A DNA stretch of 48,111 nt, taken from positions 1 through 48,111 of the forward strand of contig JAZSIP010000096.1 in the NCBI GenBank assembly GCA_045533915.1, given 5' to 3'. This document shows positions 1-8,856 of this stretch, one piece after another (the stretch's first letter is position 1; each line of letters opens with the position of its first letter). A program made the translations under genes and the position numbers. The notes beneath the pieces are model-generated. The model worked only from the letters and a program-made list of their open reading frames with translations. It was not told where the DNA came from and made no database searches. Source of the DNA: Eubacteriales bacterium. Its GTDB lineage: Bacteria > Bacillota > Clostridia > Oscillospirales > CAG-272.

Positions 1-1
1 A

Positions 2-112
2 AACTATAACCGACTTCCCCGCCCGCCTATCGTTATGGTCAAGGACGGAAAGGCGCGTATAGCTGTCAACTGCGTGACTAACGCTGACATCGTAGCAAAC
101 GACGTTCTTTAA
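2..112 (+). CDS. 3' end of a gene truncated by the window edge. The C-terminus resembles Orn/DAP/Arg-type PLP decarboxylases, possibly diaminopimelate decarboxylase.
   Basis: The frame is open from the window edge to TAA at 110-112 and reads NYNRLPRPPIVMVKDGKARIAVNCVTNADIVANDVL. The YN..PRP....V.dG pattern is typical of the C-terminus of this family. Confidence 0.4.
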   Translation, partial: NYNRLPRPPIVMVKDGKARIAVNCVTNADIVANDVL

Positions 113-142
113 AACAAAAACACAAACGGAGTTGCTTTTAAT

Positions 143-820
143 ATGCTCAATTATTTAATAGGCGGAGGAGACATACGCTCTTACGTCATTCAGTTATTGC
201 TTTCTCTGCCCGTAGTTATGATCGCTCTTTCGTTTCACGAGGCGGCGCACGGCTATGCGGCATACAAGCTCGGAGACCCGACGGCGCACAGCTTAGGCAG
301 GATCACGATGAACCCCGCAAAGCATCTCGACGTTCTCGGATTTCTCTGTATGCTTCTCTTTGGATTCGGTTGGGCAAAGCCCGTGCCGATAAATACACGG
401 TATTTCAAAAAACCAAGACGTGATATAATAATATCATCTGTAGCAGGACCTCTGTCAAACGTGCTTTTGGCGTTTATCTTCGCTCTTATAATGAAGATCT
501 ACATTATCGCCATAGGCTTTATCCCGTTACCCGCAGATCCTATAAGCACTATGAAATTCCTTTTCTACTGCTTCTTGTTTTACGGCATACGTCTCAATAT
601 CAGCCTTGCCGTATTTAACCTTTTGCCCATTCCGCCGCTCGACGGCTCGAGATTGCTTACCTCTTTCCTGCCACCAAAGGCTGCGTATTGGGTGATGAAG
701 AATGAGCGCATAATCTATTTTGTTCTTTTGATAGCGCTTTTCATCGGAGTTCTCGATCCGCTTCTCAACATCGTAACGGGCGGTCTTATGGATCTCATCT
801 ATCTCATTTTCGGCATCTGA
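143..820 (+). CDS. Site-2 protease family (peptidase M50) integral membrane metalloprotease
   Basis: Carries an HEAAH (HExxH) motif in the first hydrophobic segment and the second S2P motif FNLLPIPPLDG. Several predicted TM segments are present, and GGAG lies upstream of the ATG. Confidence 0.85.
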   Translation: MLNYLIGGGDIRSYVIQLLLSLPVVMIALSFHEAAHGYAAYKLGDPTAHSLGRITMNPAKHLDVLGFLCMLLFGFGWAKPVPINTRYFKKPRRDIIISSVAGPLSNVLLAFIFALIMKIYIIAIGFIPLPADPISTMKFLFYCFLFYGIRLNISLAVFNLLPIPPLDGSRLLTSFLPPKAAYWVMKNERIIYFVLLIALFIGVLDPLLNIVTGGLMDLIYLIFGI

Positions 821-854
821 CATAATTTATAAAATTACCGAGGTACAAATCCGT

Positions 855-1652
855 ATGGAATCAGTTACTTACCGTCTTGATCAGTTCGAAGGTCCTCTTG
901 ATCTTCTTCTGACACTCATACAAAAGAATAAGGTCAGTATCACTGACATACCTATATCGATCATTTGCGATCAGTATATGGAATACATTACCGAAGCGCA
1001 GTCGCTCGATATGGACGTTGCCTCTGAATTTATCGTTATGGCAAGCGAGTTGATGCTTATAAAGAGCAAGATGCTCTTGCCTAAGCCCGAGGAAGAAGAA
1101 GCTGACCCGCGCGCAGAGCTTACCGATGCCCTCTTGCGTTATCAACAGGCAAAGGAAGCCGCGGGCAAACTTACCCCTCTTTACGCATATCACAGCGCGA
1201 GAATGGTCAAGGATACCGACGAGATATCGGTCGACAAGACATTTGTCGCGGATCAGGATGTAACGGCTCTTTGCTCGGCAGTACGCAGAATAATAACCTA
1301 CAACAACGCACTCGAAAAGGCGGCTAATACGGCGTTCAAGCCTATGATAAGCAAGCCTATTATCCCCGTTGAAATAAAAATAGTGTCAATTCTTCGCCAT
1401 ATGGAAGCGTCCGCTACCGCCTCTCTTGAGGAGCTTATAATCGGAGAACCTACACTCCCCGATCTTATCGCGTCCTTCCTCGGTGTGCTTGAGCTTATAA
1501 AAATACGTAAGCTCCTTATCGCCGACGATATTGATGAAGAAAACGCGCTTCTTAAGGCATCTACACGGCTTATCCTCAACACCGACGATACGACAGTCGA
1601 GGAGAGCGAATACTTGCTTGATACAAACTCTCCGAATGAACAGGGCGAATAA
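855..1652 (+). CDS. scpA: Segregation and condensation protein A (kleisin of the SMC complex)
   Basis: The N-terminus YRLDQFEGPLDLLLTLIQKNKVSITDIPIS is the canonical ScpA signature. The gene is immediately followed by scpB. Confidence 0.9.
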   Translation: MESVTYRLDQFEGPLDLLLTLIQKNKVSITDIPISIICDQYMEYITEAQSLDMDVASEFIVMASELMLIKSKMLLPKPEEEEADPRAELTDALLRYQQAKEAAGKLTPLYAYHSARMVKDTDEISVDKTFVADQDVTALCSAVRRIITYNNALEKAANTAFKPMISKPIIPVEIKIVSILRHMEASATASLEELIIGEPTLPDLIASFLGVLELIKIRKLLIADDIDEENALLKASTRLILNTDDTTVEESEYLLDTNSPNEQGE

Positions 1653-1683
1653 GAGCCACTATATATAAAAGGAAGACTACGCT

Positions 1684-2304
1684 ATGGAAGAACAAATAAA
1701 CGAGTTAAAAAATATAGAGGGCGCTATAGAGGCTATCCTCTTTGCCGCGGGTTATCCCGTCAAGTATGCGAAAATAGCCGAGGTGCTAGGGCTCGATCTT
1801 CGTAACACCAAAACGCTCATCGATCATATGAGCAAGGAATACAACAGCGAAAAGTCAAAGAGAGGCATCTATCTGCTTACCTTTGAGGATACCTGTCAGC
1901 TTTGTACCAAAGAACCCTACGCGCCTTACATACGCGAGGCTCTCGGTATAAAGAGAGGCGGTAACCTCTCGGCTTCCTCAATGGAGGTACTTGCCGTCGT
2001 GGCTTATAATCAGCCCGTGACGCGAACATTCGTTGATAAGGTACGCGGAGTTGATAGCTCTTATGCCGTCAATTCGCTTATAGATAAAGGTCTTATCGAG
2101 GCTTGCGGCAGACTTGATGCCCCAGGTCGTCCTATGCTCTACGCAACTACCGATAAGTTCCTGCGCGTGTTCGGTCTTTCCTCTCTTTCCGAGCTTCCCG
2201 CAACAGAAATTATGCTTCCTCCCAAAGAGGATACTCCTATAGTCGACGAAAATACCGATGACCTCGTCGACGAAGAAGCGGGAGTTACGAAAGAGGACGC
2301 GTGA
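1684..2304 (+). CDS. scpB: Segregation and condensation protein B
   Basis: Shows ScpB-like stretches IEAILFAAGYPV, MEVLAVVAYNQPVTR and GRLDAPGRPMLYATT. It is adjacent to scpA. Confidence 0.9.
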   Translation: MEEQINELKNIEGAIEAILFAAGYPVKYAKIAEVLGLDLRNTKTLIDHMSKEYNSEKSKRGIYLLTFEDTCQLCTKEPYAPYIREALGIKRGGNLSASSMEVLAVVAYNQPVTRTFVDKVRGVDSSYAVNSLIDKGLIEACGRLDAPGRPMLYATTDKFLRVFGLSSLSELPATEIMLPPKEDTPIVDENTDDLVDEEAGVTKEDA

Positions 2305-2317
2305 GGGACGCGGGGAC

Positions 2318-2359
2318 GCGATGTCGCTTTTTGAAAAAAGCTCCGCAAAAACTTTCTTG
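2318..2359 (+). repeat. 42-bp dispersed intergenic repeat, family B, copy 1 of 3
   Basis: The sequence gcgatgtcgctttttgaaaaaagctccgcaaaaactttcttg is near-identical to 24501-24542 (+) and to the reverse complement of 11111-11152. It contains the palindrome gcttttt-ga-aaaaagc. Confidence 0.85.
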
Positions 2360-2420
2360 AAAAGTATTTATTGTGTAGCCTATTGTTTTTTCAAAATTTA
2401 ATATTGTTCTCACGATAACT

Positions 2421-2623
2421 AAAAAAAGATATATCCCCTTGCAAATGTTTTCTTTGGTTACTTTCCTTTTCAATCTCGCACTGATTGATAAAAAAACGAT
2501 ATGTCCTATGCAAATGTTTTCTTTGGTTACTTTCTTTTTCAGTTTCGTACTAAGTTAATCAAAAAACGATATGCCCCCTGCAAGTGTTTTCTTTGGTTAC
2601 TTTCTTTTTCAAAAGAAAGTAAC
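2421..2623 (-). repeat. Tandem array of three 69-70-bp units (family A), in opposite orientation to the arrays at 22.6 and 25.4 kb. It ends in a palindrome with a 13-bp stem.
   Basis: The core tgcaa(a/g)tgttttctttggttactttc recurs at 2440, 2509 and 2579. The palindrome gttactttctttt/aaaagaaagtaac lies at 2596-2623. The core is the reverse complement of gaaaagtaagcaaaagaaaacatttgca seen at 22.6 kb. Confidence 0.85.
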
Positions 2624-2651
2624 AAATCTAAAAAGAAAGGAGAAAAAATAA

Positions 2652-3374
2652 ATGACGGCGCTTATTATACTTGGGTGTATTCTGTTATTTTTCATATTTC
2701 TTCTTTCTCTGAAATTCAAGATAATCATATCTTACGCCGAGGAGATCGCACTGACGGTGCGTGTACTCGGAATAAATATACGAATACTTCCCGCAAAAAA
2801 GAAAAAAGGCCCTCACAGTATGAGTGCTAAAAAAGCGGAAAAGATAAAAAATAAGCTTCGCAAAAAGAAGCTAAAAAAGAACGAAGCGGCTCGGCAAAAA
2901 GCCGCTAAAAAAGAAGAAGAAAAGCAAAGCAAGACCGAAAAGCCAAAAAAGAGCCTTTCCGAGATACTTTATATCATCGATCTCGTCCGTGCCCTTGCGG
3001 CAAAGGTAATAAAGACCTTTTTCAAGCATCTGCGTGTCGATATCGCCCGTCTGAAGATCATAGTCGCAACGGGAGATGCGGCAAGTACAGCGGTAGCTTA
3101 CGGTGCGGTCACGAGCGCTATAAATCTTCTCTTCCCCATTCTCGAGGAGGTCAAAAACTTCAGTCTTCCCAAAGACTCCGACATAGACGTGTCCGCAGAC
3201 TTTCTCGCAGACGGCATGACCGCCGATATCGAGCTTGGCTTCTCCTTACGTGTTTGGCACTTATTCGCCGTCGCCTTTGGCGCTCTGTTCAAGCTTATCG
3301 GACATCTGATAAAAAATCCTCGCCCACAAAAGAAAGCCCCTGTGACCGATCACAAGGTCGGCTCAAAAAAGTGA
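2652..3374 (+). CDS. Membrane protein, YtfI-like (DUF2953-type sporulation protein)
   Basis: Has an N-terminal TM segment, a lysine-rich linker and a C-terminal GDAASTAVAYGAV region. It sits directly upstream of ytfJ, as in Bacillus. A strong RBS (aaaggag) is present. Confidence 0.5.
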   Translation: MTALIILGCILLFFIFLLSLKFKIIISYAEEIALTVRVLGINIRILPAKKKKGPHSMSAKKAEKIKNKLRKKKLKKNEAARQKAAKKEEEKQSKTEKPKKSLSEILYIIDLVRALAAKVIKTFFKHLRVDIARLKIIVATGDAASTAVAYGAVTSAINLLFPILEEVKNFSLPKDSDIDVSADFLADGMTADIELGFSLRVWHLFAVAFGALFKLIGHLIKNPRPQKKAPVTDHKVGSKK

Positions 3375-3446
3375 CGTTTCGCGGTTATCCGCTTACGTAT
3401 ATAAAATTGAACTTCTGAAATAAAAATACCGAAAGGAAATGAAAAA

Positions 3447-3866
3447 ATGGCAACTGAAAACAAAATTCCCGAGATCATTCGCTCCTCTATGGAAAACATT
3501 CGCTCCATGGTCGATGCAAACACCGTAGTCGGCGATCCTATCGTAACGGCAAACGGCACGACTATCATTCCGATCTCCAAAATATCTGTCGGAATCGCCT
3601 CGGGCGGTCTTGACTATAATCCCAAGAAGGAGGCGGCTCCCCGTCCTCAGAACTTCGGAGGAGGCGGCGGAACGGGTCTTACCGTAAATCCCGTAGGATT
3701 TCTTGTTGTTGACACAGACGGCGACGTCGAATTTATCAACATCGGTCAGAAGGGCAAGCCCGATCCCGTGGATCAGATCGCTGACTTCGTTGAGCGCACT
3801 CCCGACATTATCGCAAAGATCAAGGATATCTTCACAAAGGACGAAAAGATCGACGACGATATCTAA
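3447..3866 (+). CDS. ytfJ: Sporulation protein YtfJ / GerW family
   Basis: The stretches GTTIIPISKISVGIASGG and GGGGGTGLTVNPVGFLVV are typical of YtfJ/GerW. Confidence 0.8.
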   Translation: MATENKIPEIIRSSMENIRSMVDANTVVGDPIVTANGTTIIPISKISVGIASGGLDYNPKKEAAPRPQNFGGGGGTGLTVNPVGFLVVDTDGDVEFINIGQKGKPDPVDQIADFVERTPDIIAKIKDIFTKDEKIDDDI

Positions 3867-3949
3867 AACTTTTTTGTCAAAATAACATTTTTTCTCCTGC
3901 CCTGCCCATATTATTGTATTAAAAGATAATATGGAAAGGAACTTCCGTA

Positions 3950-5104
3950 ATGATAAAAAGAATGCTTTGCGCCTTGCTCACATTAAGCCTTGCTCTGCTA
4001 TCTTACTGTCCCGTCCGCGCACAACCTAAAGGCGATACGGCAATTTTGTCCGCATCTGCCATAAGCGCGCAGAGCGCGATACTTATAGACGCGCACGACG
4101 GAAAGGTCTTATTTGAGAAAAATGCCCGAACGAAAATGGGTATGGCAAGTACGACTAAAATAATGACGGCTCTCGTGGTCGCAGAATCGTGCGATATCGA
4201 AGAGGTCATTGAGACAGACGCGCGGGCGGTAGGCGTTGAAGGCTCTTCTATTTATCTTACGGCAGGAGAAAAGCTGACCGTGGAACAGCTTTTATACGCT
4301 TTGCTTTTAGCATCAGCCAACGATGCCGCGGTAGCACTCGCTCTGCACGTGTCGAAAAACGTCGAGCTTTTCGCGGAAAAAATGAACCAAAAAGCGAGTT
4401 CTTTAGGCTTAAAGGACACGCATTTTGTGAATCCTCACGGACTTTACGACGAGGATCATTACACGACAGCGTACGATCTTGCCGTCATCGCAAAGGAAGC
4501 ATTAAAAAACGATACTATCAAGAAAATAGCATCTACATACAAAACGACTATCCCGCTTTGTAACGGCGAAGGCACACGTGTGCTCGTCAATCACAACAAA
4601 ATGCTAAAGCTCTATGACGGAGCGATAGGCGTAAAAACGGGATTCACCAAGAAAACGGGGCGTACTCTCGTCAGCGCGGCTGAGCGTGACGGACTTAGGT
4701 TGATTGCGGTCACCCTGAACGCGCCAAACGATTGGAACGACCACACCTTAATGCTCGACTACGGATTTGAAAATTACACCCGTACTATCTTTTTTGATAC
4801 GGGTGAATTTCGCTATGCGCTCGGCATTTGCGGAGGTAAAGAGGAATATTCCCTGCTTACAAACGCAGAGCCTATAGCGCTTACGTTGAAAAAAGAGCAT
4901 GGCAAGGAAACGTATACAGTAGAGACTTGCTCACGGTTTATCTGTGCGCCGATCCGCGCAAAAGCGGAGCTTGGGCGCGTGATATTTGAGTGCGACGGTG
5001 AAAGTGTCTCGTCTGTGCTTATTGCCGTAAGCGACATTCCTGTCCGCGAGGAAAAGAGCTTTTTTGAGAAAATACTTGGAGCATCAAAAATATGGAAGAA
5101 ATAA
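3950..5104 (+). CDS. dacB: D-alanyl-D-alanine carboxypeptidase (serine-type, PBP5 family) with a signal peptide
   Basis: Carries SxxK (ASTTK), SxN (SAND) and KTG (VKTGFT) motifs. The size (384 aa) and the position between scpB/ytfJ and rluB match Bacillus dacB synteny. Confidence 0.8.
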   Translation: MIKRMLCALLTLSLALLSYCPVRAQPKGDTAILSASAISAQSAILIDAHDGKVLFEKNARTKMGMASTTKIMTALVVAESCDIEEVIETDARAVGVEGSSIYLTAGEKLTVEQLLYALLLASANDAAVALALHVSKNVELFAEKMNQKASSLGLKDTHFVNPHGLYDEDHYTTAYDLAVIAKEALKNDTIKKIASTYKTTIPLCNGEGTRVLVNHNKMLKLYDGAIGVKTGFTKKTGRTLVSAAERDGLRLIAVTLNAPNDWNDHTLMLDYGFENYTRTIFFDTGEFRYALGICGGKEEYSLLTNAEPIALTLKKEHGKETYTVETCSRFICAPIRAKAELGRVIFECDGESVSSVLIAVSDIPVREEKSFFEKILGASKIWKK

Positions 5105-5835
5105 AAATTCAAAAATATTTCACAGATTGCGGAGTAATGTCGCGGCGCGCGGCTGAGGCTGAGATCGAACGCGGAAAAGTCCTTGTAAACGGATCTCCCG
5201 CAACTCTCGGAATGCGTATCCGCGCGGGAGTGGATACCGTTGAATATAACGGCAGACCGATCGTCCCTATGGTCGACGAGCGCATATGTATAATGCTTAA
5301 CAAGCCGCGCGGCTTTGTCACCACTATGTCGGACGAAAAAGGCCGTCCTACCGTGCGTATGCTTACCGAGGGCGTTCACGCACGGGTATATCCTGTCGGA
5401 AGACTCGATATGGATTCGGACGGACTTTTGCTCCTTACCAACGACGGCGCTCTTGCCGAAAAGCTCACTCACCCGCGCCACAGTATCCCGAAAATATATC
5501 ACGTAACGGTCTCGACAGACGTGAGCGATGACATCTTGCGCACCTTGAATGCTCCTATGACCATAGACGGATACAGGCTTCGCCCTGTGAAAACACGTGT
5601 GATATCAAAAAAAGAACACTCGACCGTCTTGGAAATGACTCTTTTTGAGGGCAGAAATCGACAGATACGTAAAATGTGCGATGTTGTCGGACTTAAAATA
5701 ACTCGGCTGTGCCGTACTGCTCTCGGAGACATAAAGCTTGGATCTCTGCCCGAGGGTAAATGGCGCAGACTGACAAAGGACGAGCTTGCATATCTTGATA
5801 AAACCTTACAAGACCATACATCAAAACGCAAGTGA
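5092..5835 (+). CDS. rluB: Pseudouridine synthase, RsuA/RluB family, with an N-terminal S4 domain
   Basis: Shows an S4-like N-terminus (KYFTDCGVMSRRAAEAEIERGKVLVNG) and the catalytic motif VGRLDMDSDGLLLLTNDG. Confidence 0.85.
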   Translation: MEEIKIQKYFTDCGVMSRRAAEAEIERGKVLVNGSPATLGMRIRAGVDTVEYNGRPIVPMVDERICIMLNKPRGFVTTMSDEKGRPTVRMLTEGVHARVYPVGRLDMDSDGLLLLTNDGALAEKLTHPRHSIPKIYHVTVSTDVSDDILRTLNAPMTIDGYRLRPVKTRVISKKEHSTVLEMTLFEGRNRQIRKMCDVVGLKITRLCRTALGDIKLGSLPEGKWRRLTKDELAYLDKTLQDHTSKRK

Positions 5836-5855
5836 AACATACGAAAGGATAAAAA

Positions 5856-6245
5856 ATGCTTAGAATTCTCCCTATACAAACAAAATCCGAGCAGGAGAAG
5901 ATCTGCTCACTCTGTAACGTTAAATTCAACGCGGATCTGCTCGCATACGCGGCTTATGATGACGATACCCTTATGGGCGTATGCCAATTCCGTCTTACCG
6001 CCAACGGCGGAGAAATATATGATCTCGATAACGCTTGCGGAGTGGATAACTCAGACGCGCTCTTTATAATGGGGCGAGGAACTCTTAATTTCATTGACCT
6101 TTGCGGCGTTCATTACGCACGATTCTGCGGAGAGGTGAAAAACGAGCTGCTTCTCAAAGCTATCGGATTCAAAAAAATGGAAAGCGGAAGCTTTGAAATA
6201 AATCTTGAAGGCTTCTTTACCGAACACTGCGGAAATCACAAGTAA
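5856..6245 (+). CDS. Hypothetical small cytoplasmic protein (129 aa)
   Basis: An intact ORF with an RBS (aaaggat) that follows rluB on the same strand. I recognise no motif. Confidence 0.4.
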   Translation: MLRILPIQTKSEQEKICSLCNVKFNADLLAYAAYDDDTLMGVCQFRLTANGGEIYDLDNACGVDNSDALFIMGRGTLNFIDLCGVHYARFCGEVKNELLLKAIGFKKMESGSFEINLEGFFTEHCGNHK

Positions 6246-6330
6246 AAACGCTTCGCAAAATATCCTTATTTTCATATAAATCGCATAATGTGTGTAAAAG
6301 TCGAATTCTGAATTATGTTAATTATTTTGG

Positions 6331-6359
6331 TTGACTTTCTTATTGATATATGATATAAT
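6331..6359 (+). promoter_or_regulatory. Sigma-A-type promoter for the wzz/kinase/phosphatase operon
   Basis: TTGACT (6331-6336), a 17-bp spacer ending in TGA, and TATAAT (6354-6359). Confidence 0.5.
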
Positions 6360-6427
6360 AAGTTTTGTAGATAGTCATTCTGAGATTTTTCAAACAGCTA
6401 TTTAAACTTGGAGGTTAAAAATTTTAA

Positions 6428-7318
6428 ATGGAACGTGAACTTACTTTTAACGATATCTTAGTGTGTTTTAAAAAGAATTTTTGGAAGATACTCGTTTTCG
6501 CGCTTATCGCGGCTCTTCTTATGGGGGGCTTCACCCATTTCTTGGTAAATAAAAAGTATTCGTCCGAGATCAAATTTTACGTAATAAACAGTAATGAAAA
6601 AGATGACTTTTCACAGGCGGCTATACTTAACGCATCATCTTATTTGGTTAAAGACTATATTGATATTATAAACGGAGATGACATTATTAACGAGGCTTGT
6701 AAAAGACTTGAGGAAATGGGATATTCGAATATAACTCCTGAAATGCTTCGCAAGAAGATATCCTCTTCCGTATCGCAAAATTCTTCATTTACCTTGAAGA
6801 TAACCGATACCGATCCCGAACGAGCATACGATATCGCCAGCATCATTGCCGAGATCTCACCCACTATGCTCACAGAAATAACCAAGCCCACTCAACGCAC
6901 AGCTTCTGTACCCGTTACGACCTCGTTAAATGAGATCGCAAAGATTATCGAAAAAGATTATCCTCAACACGCTGAGGCGATCAAAAAAGCTTCGGCAGAT
7001 CTTAAAGAAGATCAGAGCTCCGCAACGATCACCGCAACTCTCGATAACAAGCCTGCGGTAAAGGTTATACTTGAGCCCAATCTTGCAAAGGAGCACGATT
7101 CTCCAAACCTTATCTTGAACTGCCTTGTGGCTGCATTTGTCGGCGCTTTCATAAGCTTTGCATATTTTGTTGTACGCTCACTTCTCAATACGCGCATTTG
7201 CACCGAGGAGGACGTTGCTAAATATTTGTCCAAATATCCGCTTATCGGTACTGTTCCCTCTTGGGATATTAACGAAAAAAGCGGTCCTAAAAAAACTGAT
7301 TACCGTCTCAACAGATAA
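6428..7318 (+). CDS. Wzz/CpsC-type polysaccharide chain-length determinant (transmembrane activator of the BY-kinase)
   Basis: Has N- and C-terminal TM segments flanking a soluble loop and a Wzz-like N-terminus (ILVFALIAALLMGGF..KYSSEIKFYV). It is directly upstream of the kinase. Confidence 0.75.
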   Translation: MERELTFNDILVCFKKNFWKILVFALIAALLMGGFTHFLVNKKYSSEIKFYVINSNEKDDFSQAAILNASSYLVKDYIDIINGDDIINEACKRLEEMGYSNITPEMLRKKISSSVSQNSSFTLKITDTDPERAYDIASIIAEISPTMLTEITKPTQRTASVPVTTSLNEIAKIIEKDYPQHAEAIKKASADLKEDQSSATITATLDNKPAVKVILEPNLAKEHDSPNLILNCLVAAFVGAFISFAYFVVRSLLNTRICTEEDVAKYLSKYPLIGTVPSWDINEKSGPKKTDYRLNR

Positions 7319-7335
7319 AGAAAGGAGAGATCGAT

Positions 7336-8094
7336 ATGAGCACAAATCCACGCGCTAACAATTCACGCGTCAGAAATTCACGCGAAAGAGTTCTTGACGA
7401 TAACAGTCCTTTTGCTATACGCGAAGCTTTTAACCTTATTCGCACAAATCTGATGTATACGAAAAAAGACGATCAAAACGGGAATCCCGTTTACGCGGTC
7501 ACCTCTGCGGGTGAAGCTACGGGAAAAAGCACCGTTATCGCAAATCTCGCCCTTTCTTACTCAAAAACCAACAAAAAGGTCCTCATTATAGATGCGGATA
7601 TGCGTTGCCCCGTTCAAAATTTTATTTTTGAGCTTGACAACGATCATGCGGGTCTTTCGGAGCTTCTCTCGAGCATAGTAGAAACTCCTAACGAGGTTAT
7701 ACGCAAAACAAAATTCGAAAATATTGACATTATTACAAGCGGAGCTATTCCTCCCAACCCTTCGGAGCTTCTGGTAGGCTCTCGCTTTACCGATATTCTT
7801 AAGGAATTAAGACACGACTATGACATTGTGTTTGTTGACTTCCCGCCTACCGGTATCGTTACCGACGCTATCACTACGTTTGAGAGCATTACGGGATATA
7901 TTTTCGTAGTACGCTCAAATTACTCCGATGCTAAAAAGATTTCCGCTGTCGTTGATACTATGGAACGCGTTGGAGCAAAAATACTCGGAATTGTTCTTAA
8001 CGACGTAAATATCAAGGTCAAAAAATCTTATTATCCCTCCGCTTACAGCCATTATAATACCGACAATAAAAAAAGCTCCAAAAAGGAGAAATAA
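7336..8094 (+). CDS. CpsD/CapB-type bacterial tyrosine kinase (BY-kinase, cytoplasmic subunit)
   Basis: Carries Walker A GEATGKST, Walker A' VLIIDADMR, Walker B DIVFVDFPP and a C-terminal tyrosine cluster SYYPSAYSHY. Confidence 0.85.
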   Translation: MSTNPRANNSRVRNSRERVLDDNSPFAIREAFNLIRTNLMYTKKDDQNGNPVYAVTSAGEATGKSTVIANLALSYSKTNKKVLIIDADMRCPVQNFIFELDNDHAGLSELLSSIVETPNEVIRKTKFENIDIITSGAIPPNPSELLVGSRFTDILKELRHDYDIVFVDFPPTGIVTDAITTFESITGYIFVVRSNYSDAKKISAVVDTMERVGAKILGIVLNDVNIKVKKSYYPSAYSHYNTDNKKSSKKEK

Positions 8095-8097
8095 ATT

Positions 8098-8793
8098 ATG
8101 GCCGTCATCGACTTTCACTCTCATATCTTACCGAAAGCCGATCACGGTTGTGACTCGGAGAGCGAATCGTTAAGCCAACTCGCATTGCTCCAAAAGATCG
8201 GAGTTGATACAGTTGTCGCAACCTCGCATTTTTATCCGAATCGGCATAACGTTGAACAGTTCAAGCAATTGACGACCGAAGCCCTTGCAAATATTTTATC
8301 GTCAGATACCGAAGGCAGACCGCGTATCGCACTTGGCGCAGAGGTCTTGATATTTGAGAATCTAGACCGAATGGACGAAATTGAAGAGCTATGTATCGAA
8401 GGTACTCGCGTAATGCTCGTCGAAATGCCCATGACAGATACGTGGAGCGATGCGCTCCTCACAACCGTCAAACGTCTTTTAAAAAAGGATATCGTTGTTG
8501 TTTTAGCGCATATCGACCGCTATCTTCCCGCTCATAAGGAGGATATTGAATATCTTCTTGACATCGGAGCATACGCGCAAATAAACGCAACAGCCTTTAA
8601 GCGCTTCCTTTTTAAAAGGCATCTTGCTCCCTTCCTATGCGACGATAGACTCGTGGCATTCGGTTCGGATCTTCACGGAGTGAATGAAGAAGCGACCACG
8701 AACTTTTCAGACCTTAAAAAGCTTAAGGATAACGTATTTGAGAGCGTTATGGAAAGATCTCGCGAACTACTTAAAGACGCAAAACTTTATTAA
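8098..8793 (+). CDS. CpsB/YwqE-type PHP-family protein-tyrosine phosphatase
   Basis: The N-terminal IDFHSHILPKADHG and later HIDRY and GSDLH histidine motifs are typical of CpsB. Confidence 0.85.
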   Translation: MAVIDFHSHILPKADHGCDSESESLSQLALLQKIGVDTVVATSHFYPNRHNVEQFKQLTTEALANILSSDTEGRPRIALGAEVLIFENLDRMDEIEELCIEGTRVMLVEMPMTDTWSDALLTTVKRLLKKDIVVVLAHIDRYLPAHKEDIEYLLDIGAYAQINATAFKRFLFKRHLAPFLCDDRLVAFGSDLHGVNEEATTNFSDLKKLKDNVFESVMERSRELLKDAKLY

Positions 8794-8838
8794 ATTCAAA
8801 AGCCTCCAAAAGCTAACGCTTTTGGAGGCTTTTGAATT
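8793..8838. terminator. Bidirectional hairpin terminator between convergent genes
   Basis: A perfect 21-bp stem, aattcaaaagcctccaaaagc / gcttttggaggcttttgaatt, with loop taac. Confidence 0.7.
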
Positions 8839-8856
8839 AGTTGATACTTCTTATTT

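Noticed and set aside
2421-2623. The tandem arrays at 2.4, 22.6 and 25.4 kb as small CRISPR arrays
   Set aside because: The parts between the conserved cores are themselves diverged copies of one another, for example catatcgttttttgattaacttagtacgaaact versus catatcgtttttttatcaatcagtgcgagatt. They are not unique spacers. There are only 2-3 units per array, the unit is 64-70 bp, and no cas genes are in the window.
2501-2830. A 109-aa ORF spanning the family A repeats and the start of the ytfI-like gene
   Set aside because: It runs through tandem repeat DNA and overlaps the well-supported 2652..3374 gene in another frame. It has no RBS.
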